This document shows, one piece after another, positions 25,701 to 37,390 of a stretch of 64,000 nt of DNA (its first letter is position 1; the number at the start of each line of letters is the position of its first letter). The notes below the pieces were generated by a model. That model saw only the letters and a program-made list of their open reading frames with translations. It was not told the origin of the DNA and ran no database searches. The DNA is from Tubiluchus corallicola (lineage: Eukaryota > Animalia > Priapulida). Where the stretch lies: NCBI GenBank assembly GCA_030141605.1, contig JAQGDQ010000119.1:491005-555004 (forward strand), written 5' to 3'. Made by a program: the position numbers and the translations under genes.

Positions 25701-28700
25701 GATACGTTTCTAGAGGCTACTGATCCTTATTGGTATTGTGTTTTCTATTACAGCTGCTGAATATAATTGTTTACCATCTTATTTTTTACCAATGCTCAAG
25801 TTTGTCTTGTGTCCGCTTACGACTGATATTTTTTTTTGTCTTGAACATAAATTGAAGCTCTACTAACCATGTTCTACACGCTGCTGCAAAACTTTTCCTT
25901 GCGCTCAAATTTTGCATGAAATAGTTATTTTTTGGCTTCCTCTGTGTGACCTTTGACCTCTCGTGACTGGTTGCACAACACAAGACTAACATATTTTTGG
26001 AACTTAGCCTTTGAGCATTCTGTTTAGTTACTCAAACCTTTTGTGCTCGAATTTTGCATAAGCTTCTTTGGGTTTCCTGTCTAATATTGTATTCAAAGTG
26101 AACAAATTGTGGCAGAGTGGAAGGAGACAAATGATAGCATTATGTTGAAACATACGAGACAAATGATAAAATTGTGTCTAAACAGTCGCATTTCACAACT
26201 ATATTTAATTTTGAGCAAATGTCCTATTGCATAAAAGTTGTAAATGGGTTTACACCAAAAAATTCTGACATCAATTTGTGCCTGTTACCAGCTTGTAATA
26301 ACAAACATGTAGTACGACTTCTGTATTGTGACATAAGTAAAAGTTATACACGTTCGTGATAGCACGTTTTTACTTTGGAAATTTGGTTAAATTGCTAAAA
26401 CTATACTGCGCAGCGTGTTTACTACTGACTTGTTAGTTGTTTTAAACGTACACTAGTTTATTATATTTTGATAATATTTTTTGTGTCATGGCTCAGAGCA
26501 TTTCAAGCAGCAAGTATTCCTGCATGTTATATCTTCCACAAGGCATGTGCTGTCCATCTACAAAAACAAGAGAAATTGGTTTGTTTCTTCAATGAATTTT
26601 GTTAAGCTAGATTAAAGTAATTCCTGCTCATTTTGTGTTTTTAGTGGTAAGAACGTTGTACGACATATAGCAGCCACGACTGGTGTCTGTCAGGAATTTG
26701 GAATTGATTTAGATTTCATACGACCAGGTGGATCACTCTATGGAATGTGTTCAGGTAAGCGGCGAAGAGCTAATTAGTAGTAAATAAGAATGTCTAATAA
26801 GCCGTTTCGCTATGTGCGTACACGTTTGCTGTAGGTCAAAGGTTAAGTGAACTCAGCACGTCTTACTTTACTACAACTGTCACTTGACCTTATGCATTTA
26901 ACTACATGTAGGTGAAATGGGTGAAACACATTGTTACTTTTATTACATACTATGTGTGTATAGTTCTAAACTAACAAGTTATTCTTATCAGAAAACAGCT
27001 ACAAAATAACAGCAGCTATCCACATAAAATGAAATGACTGAAGTGAAAATTAATGCCAAGAACTGTTACTATTACAAAAGCATGGGTCTCGAGGCATTTT
27101 CAAGTGTAAATAATGCGTTGTTTGGTTCAGGTAATGTTGTTATGTTCACTTAGCCTTTGAACTTTTCACGGTCATCATCAATCGCTGGAACTGTGAAATG
27201 TTTTATTGTCATAAAAGGATGGGATAAATCATGTGATTAATCGGTAGGGGTAAAGGACTCGTGTTGAACATTTCATTGTGAGAAGGTAGAGAATGATATA
27301 TATTCGGCGAAACCCGAATCCTGATCAATCCTGGTGATATCTCTGGGTGTTGTGTCACTATGTATGGTGTAAATAATGTGTGTTGTCTTGACAAGTCTGC
27401 GCCTCTTTTTGATTGCACACTAGACGTATTTAGATGTTTGATAGCTTTCTGTGCAAGTTTTGCAAAGTAAGGCCAACAAAATAGTAACAAAGTCCAAATC
27501 ATTAAAACTGGTCTGAACCGTTAGCAAAAATTTGTTATTTCCATAGAATCAGTTAAATTTCTTCAGAACCAATGAAAAAAAGAAAAAAAGCGTGAAAGAT
27601 TTGTCCCTGAGTGGGTGATGCCAACCGAGTTCTGGAAAATAAGTGAAAAATACCTCTATTTTTATTATTTTGAGGCAGTTTTCATTTTATTCAAGGTACT
27701 TTTGTTTGAGAAGCCATTTTGATGTTTTTTCACTATTTATGTCTTCTCACATATCTGGGAAATTTAGCTAATTGTGTTTAATCAAATGTTAGAGATATTC
27801 CATGATATATTTGTTAATAGTTGTCATTCCTTCAAATTTCTAGGCAACGATTTACCTGGATCGAAAATTTTCCAGGATAAGGGATTTCAACCAGCAATGT
27901 CTGTCATTGCCAAGCCTACATTTTACAAACTTCTTGGCAAAGGGCGAACTGTCGGTGAGTGTGCTTACATTGCATGTAAAGATTAAGTGCTTTGATTATG
28001 TCAGATGTGTCATTGGTGGGATGAACTTAATTTATTTTCACAGAAATATTTATTACATAACACTTGTGTTAGATATTGTAATATGGACGACAGGGCTAAT
28101 AATTAGTGCACTAAAACTAACATTATCTAAACTTAACAATATGGTAAGTTCTTCTACTTTAGAAACATTATAACTGCAGTACATTGTGCAAGAATTTCAG
28201 CACTCTTTTTGTAACTACACTCATAACTCGGTATGCTGGACCACGTTTTTACGGATATCAGAAAAATCAGACAAAATCTGGACCATTAAAAGCCTCATAC
28301 TACGGACACAGTCCATTGTTTCACGAGTTGACCACTAGTTGGCAGGCCATCACTTTGTTTACATCATTGCATCAGTGCAAAGTGCAACCAAGCAGTGTGT
28401 AACTATGCGTGTGTATCTTGTATGTCAGGAGCAGCCTGCACTAAATGTTTTTGAGACAATTAAGCAATTGATTCTACATTGCCATGAATGTAATGCATGG
28501 TGCCTGCTGTATTAGCTATTAATTAGTATCGGTAAATACGGACAATCGGCAAATTCGCTTTTGTCCAGCATACCCAGGTGTGAGTGTATATTGGAAATTG
28601 TTTGACTCATACGTGATTTATTTACAAGTTAAAATGGATTAGTTAGACAAAATTTGTGCTGTACAAAATGTTGCAGGATGTCGGCAAAAAATACACAAGA

Positions 28701-31347
28701 ATGCCTTTGATTTGACTGAATCTTGTGAATTACCATTAATTGATTTCTAGTTTCATTGTTTTCATTAGAAGACATTAGTATCTGAAGTTTACATTCTGGA
28801 ATAGTACTAAGTAAACTTATCCAAATTTATCCTGGGAGTTGTTGTAGATTTTTACTCAGCAATTGAGAATTTTTTCAATCTACATTTGAAGTTGTTTGCC
28901 TTTCTCTTCTACCGCAACGTTAACTTTAAAGCAGATGAGCAAAATTGCTGCATGGCTGTACGGAAATACGGGTGCGGTATATACTGGTAAAATCGCGGCA
29001 GTGAACTTGATGAAGTCGTGTGTGATGCCGCTGGCTGAAATTCTCATGAATCGTACAGTCAACAACTAAATTGTCTTTTTTCCCTGTTGTAATTATTATT
29101 AATTTTTGCTATTTTTTAAAAATAACGATATACTTTTGAAATGCTTTGTACTTGTGTTTTAGTAAAAACATAAATTGTGCAGATTGACCAAAGGTGGCTG
29201 TAATTTATTATTTTTCCTATAGGCTATGACAGAACTTACGCAACACAGAAAAAGGAATGGATAGCAAACCTTGCAACAGGTTGGAGTGACGGTTTTAAGC
29301 GACTTCTTAGTGGAGAATTAGGAGCTGTGAAGTGTAATCGTACTGGTAAGCCTCGTGTAGGGTTTTGATCCTGTAGTTGGCATTTTACATGCTTCGATCT
29401 TTGTACATTCTTGAAAATAAGGTATTCTGCTATCATTTGTTAAAAAGACCTACACTATTCTAATGTACAAAAATATATAACAGGATTTTTATTCTAACGC
29501 ATTTCAGCAAAATGCAACGTTAAGTAAAATGTCATTAAATAAAACCCAGACTTCTGTAGAAACTAATGTAAAAGAATAGATAGATCGCAAGCCGCATTTA
29601 GTCCCGTCAAACTTGATGACGTAACACACATTCTCACAAACTCCCTTGCTGTAAGTGCAGCATGTAAATAAATGAAAAACGTGGAAAAATTTGGTACTGG
29701 TAAGTTTGGTACGAGGAAATTTTGGAACTGGGAAAATTTGCTGCTATGAATTTATAGTACAGCAAAATTTTACCTCTCGGAACATTGGGTACAGGAAAAG
29801 GGAAATTGGTACTGGGAAGATTTAATACAGTACTGGCAAACATTGGCAAGCATTTTTGGTACAAGTAAGTCCAGTACAAGGTAAAAATGGGACGGAACAC
29901 GTTTGGTGCTAGAAACGTTTAGTACCGAAAAAGTTTAACTTGTACTGGGAAAACATGGTACAAGGAAAGTATCTTTTATAAAATCTACAAAATGATCATA
30001 CATCATATTAAACATTATGAATGATCAGTCTTAAAGACTTATATAAGCAATATTATAGTTAAAATAATATAAGTTAATTACCCAATTAAACAGTGAATAA
30101 CTAATAAGAGGTCTGTCAAATACTGGATGTTTTTAATAAACATTAATGCAAACATTTGGCAATCTCTTGTAATGGCATAAAAGCTTTAATTAAAAAAAAA
30201 TTAGAAACTAATTACCTTAAGACAAACAGCGTATTTATTAATTTGACGGCTCACCTCATGTTATATACCTAGCTGGGAGAAATTTTTTCATGCGACTGAT
30301 TTGTTTGAGTTTTTGGCTTGGAGAAACTGATGAATCTTACTGTTTCTAATCTTTCCAGGCACCACACATCTACATAATTATTACTCAACCATAATGTTTC
30401 ACCACTATAATTTCTCTGTACTACTGCTAATTGGCAGTCACTAGGAGGACCTCAGCTAGTTGACTGACGTTTTGCGATCTATGTATTGAGATATGTTCCA
30501 AAGGCAAAAATCAGTGTTGCTTGATTCATGTAAATTAAACATTTTATGACTTATCGTCTAGCTACCGATTGCTATAGCAACAGGTTGGAGGCAAAATTTC
30601 TTCACATGAAAGTTTGCACCTAAGTGCCTGGACATGTATCAATCGAAAATTATTTCGTTTGTTACAAACTACTAGCATTTAGTAGTCAGTTGGGTAGCAA
30701 AAACATAAATAACATTTGTACTGTTTTACATTACTAGTGAGTTTTTAGAATAGAATAGTGCAATATGTGCTGTTTTAGTACTTCAAATTAGGTAAAAAGT
30801 AAAAAAGTCACCATTAAAATGAAACGTGCATCATTAAGTAAGAAAGGTATCAAATTTTTAACATATTATTATGATCACACAAAGAATCACAAAGAACTTA
30901 CATTTATTTTCTATAAAACAATATTATAAATTAAAGCACTCAAACTTTTGTTTCTGATTCAGAACGCTCTTGCCGTGAAGTCCGCCGTGTTCACTGTTCT
31001 GTCGCGAGTGCACATGAATTACGCAATCTGTGCGTAAAGCTTAACTGATTAAGCATAAGTCTAATAACGATAAGAGCAAAATAAATCATTTCTCATTTTC
31101 AAAATGTGACCTTTGGCGAAGCGAAATTGCTGACTACTTTTACACTTGAGTCTGGTAATGATGGAACTACATTGGAATAACTGGAAAATAGTAAATAGCA
31201 TCCAAAACATGAAAATATATAATTTTGGTATCTAAAATTGCTGTTAAAACGAAATGTCGCTAAACGGGGAGTGTTGTTAAGCGAGGACTTGCTGTAATAG
31301 TAAAACCTCTATTTTACTTTCAAAGTAGAATTTATGCTTAGCTATGC

Positions 31348-31378
<31 letters not shown>

Positions 31379-31765
31379 CGATTTTCTGCATTTGGAATGG
31401 CATAAGTTAAAATTGTTAATGAGTAATGAGCTTTGAACTAATTAAAATTTTCTTGAATATTTTGATTCCAGCTTCACCATACAGATTTTATTCATTATCA
31501 TTGTCTAGGAGAGCTTTGTCCAGTTGTCGGCAGGGTGTCCATGGATTCAATCACCATTCGGTTACATAACCCACAGCAGGGAAATGATACGTTCTCTGTA
31601 ATGACCGATGACTATGCAGAGAAAACATCTTTAGCGGCCATTGCTCGATTGGTAGGTGGAGCTAACTACGAGATTGCTGGGATGTGGTCAACACGACTTC
31701 CTCGCATTTACTTTAAAAATGGTCAGTTGGTTGAGATAATGCATGCTGTTGATTATTGTAATTAA
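19745..31765 (+). CDS. alr: Alanine racemase-family PLP enzyme (fold type III, bacterial-type), complete, 9 exons, 400 aa
   Basis: Exons 19745-19865, 22965-23123, 24216-24325, 24610-24699, 25611-25732, 26645-26754, 27844-27954, 29223-29345 and 31509-31765 total 1203 nt. All introns are GT-AG, phases are consistent and there is no internal stop. Motifs in order: AYIKINLDAVTKN, GVVKGGCYGHG (PLP Lys), LAVATIGEG..LRQAG, NIKVDSGMGRYG, EGIFSHLA, DFIRPGGSLYG, VGYDRTY (catalytic Tyr), GWSDG, CPVVGRVSMD, NYEI, RLPRIY. Confidence 0.95.
20642..21750 (-). mobile_element. 5'-truncated LINE (RTEX/Proto2-like ORF2 C-terminus) in racemase intron 1
   Basis: ORF 20895-21674 contains SSIFYSCESW, LLGVRKTTANDLCLVELG, RLRLSSHNLAIETGRW and CSC...TEEHVICFCP. 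The 3' UTR has AATAAA and a (TA)n tail at about 20642-20663. Clade call tentative. Confidence 0.8.
20735..20905. repeat. Tandem duplication, 74-75 bp x about 2.3, at the LINE stop/3' UTR
   Basis: Units start at 20735, 20810 and 20884 (taacatgatcatt.ctgtc...cacttattatcgcc). Confidence 0.9.
23523..23711. mobile_element. Degenerate pogo-like MITE remnant
   Basis: The right end tataacaaagttttactg|ta and repeated gttataac-type subterminal motifs are clear; the left end is degenerate. Confidence 0.4.
24930..25075. repeat. Purine-rich / (AG)n microsatellite
   Basis: gagaga run at about 24997-25022 within a degenerate AG-rich tract. Confidence 0.85.
25236..25560. mobile_element. MITE family A, copy 1 (racemase intron 4)
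   Basis: TIR taataagctttttca / tgaaaacgcttatta (14/15) and inner inverted pair ggtcaaaagttaagtgta / tacacctaacttttgacc. Shares actacaactgtcac and catcat.aatcgctggaact with copy 2. Confidence 0.75.
26795..27207. mobile_element. MITE family A, copy 2 (racemase intron 6)
   Basis: taataagccgtttcgc ... ggtcaaaggttaagtgaac ... gttcacttagcctttgaac ... catcatcaatcgctggaactgtgaaatgttttattg; same orientation as copy 1. Confidence 0.7.
29580..30280. mobile_element. Probable non-autonomous element with an internal degenerate ~15-bp tandem array
   Basis: Repeated (aaa)tttggtactgg-like units at about 29685-29965, bracketed by the short inverted pair ccgtcaaa (about 29604) / tttgacgg (about 30242). Superfamily unresolved; possibly Helentron-like. 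Confidence 0.4.
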
Positions 31766-34700
31766 GAAGAATTCTATTTTTAGTAGAACACGTAATGTAT
31801 TATGAACATTTTTGCACAAGGGCTATTCATATAAAAGGTGATTAGTTTGCACAATACTATTATTTTATTACTCTTTCGAATATTTTTATGGTAAATCCTA
31901 ATATTTAAGCTTTGAAATGTTTGCACAAAGCATGTAATCAGGTGACAATTTTCTTATCGCACTACATTGCTGCTGCCACTTGCTGACTGTATTTACAGTT
32001 AAACAGTTGCTTAAAAACACTGTGCAATTTGTGCACATTGAAATTATTCACCTTCCAATTAAAAGGACTTGACTGGTTGTGATTTTTATTAGCTTTATTG
32101 ATGCTTCTATTACCTCAACGAATGGAATACATTGTATACAATAATACACTTAGTCATCGTGCGAATAATCGGGTATATTTAAGTTGTTTAGAATTGTGTG
32201 TCATATCATAGCTAATCAGTTGAATTAGCCAGTTTAATCCCTTAATGGAAAAATGTTATATGTTAATTGATAATTTTACACTTTTTTACAATTTACATAG
32301 TTTTTTACTGAATGATTCGAATAGATCATAATAACCAGTATGTTGTTAGACCAAAGTCATATTTGTTAGTACTGGAATAAACCAAATTGTTCTGTACGTT
32401 AATGATTTTTAAATAGGCGTCATTACTTAAACAGGGAATTGAACGTTTTTGTTTTCTTTTTACTTGTATAAATTCATGTTTAGTTCAATTGCTGTTGATT
32501 GCTTGTTGAATCTATGTGTTACCTTTATATTAAACAAATTTTTTGTTATCAGTTATGTGTCCAGATAAATTTAACCTAGTCCCGGTAATTATTTTATTAC
32601 AGATATTTTGTGAATTTAAAGTTTTTTTGTAGAAACTGTTAGAATAGAATAAATATTAATATCACTATAAGTAGTGCTAAATAATGTCATATTATAATAC
32701 AGTGTAATCCTACTGAATGTGCATGCCCTATGTATTTTGACAGTATTAAAGTATTACCATTTGTTTTCTAGTTTTTATTCATTGTATCTTTACCTTGTCA
32801 GTTTGAAATCATTTAACGAGCTTAACTGTTAATCCAATAATATGTTTATGATGACTGTCTTTTGATATTAATTGATGAACAGAATGCATGTTTCATGCAC
32901 AAACTTTTTGTACATTTCCAGCCCTGTTTACAAGTACCAATTGCATAAATTGCACTATTTTGACACTCATGATGACGATACGCAAAATTATGTTTCACGT
33001 TAAATTATTTTTCATGATACGTATATAATAGTTAATAATTTATGTACAGGGTTGTTTCAAAAGCAACGTAATATAGTGCCGAACTTCTATCAGTACCGTA
33101 ATAATTTAATAGCATACTGTTAATAATTTAATTATAAACAAATAACTGTGACGTGGTAATCTTGTGACAATCTAGTTTACAGATTCAGGTATATTGTACA
33201 AGTTTTAAAGCTTCTGCTGTTTAATTTTACTTGCTCTTATGCGTTTTTGTGACTGTATTTTAACTTTTTGTATCATTTACAACAATTGTTGAATAGTGTA
33301 GAAGTTTGCGTGCAGATTTCTAGGTTTCAGTGCCTTTATTCCGTAAATTTCTACATTTACTCCTTGTACTTACTTGCACAGGATTTTTGTCTATGTGCTG
33401 CTCCATTGTGTACGTCACCTTTATTTGATGTATTCATTACGTAGTGGCTGTCTATTTTTCACAAGTCTATCAAACCTGCCTGCTAGCAGCTGTAGAGAAG
33501 GATGAAGTATCATAATTGTTATAAATAACCTGAATGTTGGACTGTGGAATGTCGTTATACGTTGCACGTCTGTGAAATTTAGGATTATCGCAAAGCCGAG
33601 TAACTGAAGATAAAATATTTCTTGAATACATTCAAATCTTGTCAAGAAAGTGCACGTTGAATTTGTTATGCGAACCTGAAATGCAGGCCTTTATTTTTTT
33701 GCATTAATCTGTGATAGCTTTGTTCACGTTGTGCATTAATCATTGCACAATTTTCCATAAGAAGCATGTATGCCTTATCAACAATCTGAAAGGTGTGATT
33801 TTTATGTTTCTTTCAACATACTATAAAACAATAAAAATGTAAATGGCACAAAACCAAACAATGAGGACACGTACTTATGTATTTGCTTAGATTATGTTAT
33901 ATACACATATTACATGTAATAGGCTGTAGACTTGCTACATTTAGTGACTTGCTACATCTGCAAGTGGGTCTAGCCTTGCTTTGCATTAATCATTTGCTCG
34001 AGCTGTGTTTTGATATTTTAGCATAATTTTGTTGAATAGTTTATAGGTCATTTAATGCAAAGAAGTTTGTACTGATTTTTGCAATGTTATATTAGGCCGA
34101 CTGTAATTTTTAGAATTAGCTAACCATACCAAAATGCTTTCGTTGAATACAAACACCTATCCTTCATTACCTGTTTCTTATAGGAGCAAAGTTATAACTC
34201 AGTTTTAATTTTAGTTGTTAATATTTAGCTAAACTTTCCTGCATTTGGGAAGGTGGCTATATAATAACAAAACATATAATTAATTAATTTTTTCTCAAGA
34301 TTGTTATTCTAAGTAAGTTTCTCATTGCATCTTGCTCTTTTTTCCTTCCTTCCTTGCTACTAATCCTACTAATCTTATTCCTTTTCCATTTCATGTTCAT
34401 TGTAACCAATTATTGTAGTAGGCCCACTTTCAATTTTAGTTAAGACTTGCCTAACAAGCATTAATTATTTGAGCTTCTGAGGTCATATTCTGTGGATGCA
34501 TTAATATTGTGAATGTCTTCAAAATAAAGGATTATTCTATTCAATTATTCTAATAAAAGTTATTGAAATTTAAGTTTTTGTTTCTTCTTGACATTTTATA
34601 GCTTAAATTAGTTCACTGAACTGTGATACGTACATAAATAATATTTATGCACACATATTTATATACACAATATATATGTTTGGATAATAAAAATAATGAA

Positions 34701-35029
34701 TTTTCTCTTTTTTTCAAGCTTGGCGAAAAATAGTTAATTGAGAATGAACTGAATGGTATTTTCCACTGCATCGAGTGACTCACTGCTTCATTGCAATTTT
34801 TCACGAGAGATGGCGGAGACATTGAATAAACAAACGGGTTTTTGGCTGCACGTGGCTGTATTTTCTTTTCGCATAATAATGTTTGTTGTTGAAGATGATT
34901 TGAATTTTCATTCATACAAAATTTAGATGAAAAGTGAGTTGGCTTAAAATAAGGCCCAACTTATCCGTATTATTCCCATTATTGTCTTGGCTTTACCGAT
35001 TTTTTTCTTGAAAATGCCTTGAAAGTTAG

Positions 35030-37390
35030 CTATGAACTATGAATTTTATTTCACACATCAAAAAATACAATATCAAACACATTAATAAACTTTAAATAAA
35101 ATAATCTGAGTAGTGCGAGGTGAGTGTACGCCCATCAGGTCAATAACGCACTCACCTTACTTAAATGAAAAAATGATTATAGTTATGAGTGCTTCTGTAG
35201 ATAACAATGTAAATAAGGATGAAGTAAATGATGTAATATTAAGTAATAATAGCAATGGTATAAGAGCAAGAAACCTGAAAGTTGAGAAAGGAAAACATAA
35301 TATGTAATTACGACTTTGAGTGAGCCTTAAAGAGTGAAATTTTTTTTAAATAGTTACGAATATGAATTATGTGATTATCTGTCAATGTACCACTTACTTG
35401 TAATTGTATTACAATGCACCATATTGCTTACTTGTATATACAATGATATATATACATATATGTTCCCATATTTAACTGGGGGAGAAGAGATTAAAATATA
35501 CATTATACTTATAGTATTAACTATAATTTATAGAACATTTAAATATGATTGATAGTAGTAATATAGCCTTCATAACCATTAAAAATGGGCTATGTGGAGG
35601 GAGGGGGGCAAATTATAAGAATATAAGTGATTCATTAGCAAAATTAATGTGACAATAATACATTCAAAATTTTTTGTATCACTGGTATTTGCTGATTATA
35701 AGCTAAGAGCATTTTCCAAGTGGAAACAGATACAGATATAGGCTGCGATGAATGAATAATTTCATTTTAATTGATTTATACCATTTATTAATAAAGTAAC
35801 AAAAGTCGTAAAGATACCTGTTAGTAAAAGAAAAACATTAGTGCAAAAAGACACACGTGCTCAAAAAAGAGAAAAAAACCCTGGTTTTCTACGCCATTGA
35901 ATATTTACTAATTAAAAATATCTTGTATTGCTTGGTAGCTATTTTTAAAGGAGAGGAAATGATTGTCTTGGGCACACTATTCCACAAAATAACTCCATTG
36001 TGCTGTAAGGTATTTAAGCCATACGCTGTGTTAAATCGTGTTTGAAAATAGTGTCCCATACTGGAAGACCTAGTATAGTGAGAGTGAACATCTTTGATTA
36101 AGGTAAAGTAGTTAGTATATAATTCAGGCAAGTGCCGGTTATTAAACTTATACATGAATTTAAATAATTCAAGATTATAAATATCTTCTATTTTCAATAA
36201 TCTAAGGTGTATGTACGATGGTGTTGCATGGTCTCTATAATTGGCAAAAGTCATGTATTTAACTATTTTATTTTGAACTGTTAATAGTGGCTGTAATAAG
36301 TATTTTTTTGTTTGCCACCAAAACAACACACAGTATTGGAGGTACGGATAGACTAATGCATGGTAGATCATTTTCAAAATAGGCAAATTAATAAAATGTC
36401 TTAACTTTGCAAAAATGCCAGCTGCTTTGTTGCTGTAGAGGAAATGTGGGTAGACCACTTCATATTGTTCCCAAGGTATTTTATACTACTACTTTGTGTT
36501 AGAGTTATGTCGCCAATTTTGAGTTCAAAAGTGGAAGAGTCTTGTTGTGAAAGGTTCCTACTGATTAACATATACTTAGTTTTAGTGTAATTAACAGATA
36601 ATTTATTTGCTTTCATCCAATCATCAATCTTTTTTAGTTCGTTGTTAGTGCGATGTTGTAAAGTTGAATAGTTAGTAGATGTGAGGAAGAGACTTGTGTC
36701 ATCAGCAAAAAGAAGAGTGTTAAAATCAGTAGCAAGAGGTAGGTCATTGATATAGATCAGGAAAAGCAGCGGCCCAAGAGTGGATCCTTGAGGTACACCA
36801 CAGTTTATGTCTAGCAAATCAGATCATGTATTATTAATAGTGGAGAACTGTTGTCAGTTAGTTAAGTAAGATTTGAGGAGATCCAAGACAGGGCCTCTGA
36901 TTCCATAATAATGTAATTTATGTAGTAGAATATCATGTTGGACTGTGTCAAAAGCTTTAGGAAAATCTAAGAATATTGCACAAGTGAATAGTTTTTTGTC
37001 TAAATTTAGAAGCATATTTTCAACAAATTCAGACGTAGCTAACGAAGTGGCGTAAGTTTTGCGAAAACCAAATTGAAATTTTGTTAGTATATAACATGAA
37101 GTGAGAAAATTGTTAATGCGATTACAAATAATATTTTCAAAAATTTTGGAAACTGGTGACAGGAGAGAAATTGGATGGTAATTTGATAGGTTGTTTGGCG
37201 AATCATTTTTATAAAGTGGTTTTACTTTAGCTACTTTTAGACATTCAGGAAAGGTTCCTTCAGAAACTGCCATATTAAATAATCGAGAAAGTACTGGAAC
37301 AATTAAATCAGTTGCTAATTTGTAAAATTTAACCGGGACATTTTCTGGGCCACGTAATTTATTTTCGTTAAGTTTAAGAGACAAATCTGT
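35030..37390 (-). mobile_element. 5'-truncated CR1/L2-group (Crack/Daphne-like) LINE, frameshifted
   Basis: ORF pieces 36854-37384 (NYHPISLLS, QFGFRK, FLDFPKAFDTV), 36401-36817 (GVPQGSTLGPLLFLIYINDL, LFADDT) and 35889-36458. A 3' stem-loop aggtgagtg...cactcacct lies at about 35117-35157, with AATAAA and a (TTCATAG)n-like tail near 35030. Same group as the element at 14365-16210. Confidence 0.9.

Noticed and set aside
19745-31765. Bacterial contamination as the source of the racemase
   Set aside because: The gene has eight GT-AG introns containing animal LINEs and MITEs, and is contiguous with RPL6 and TMEM120.
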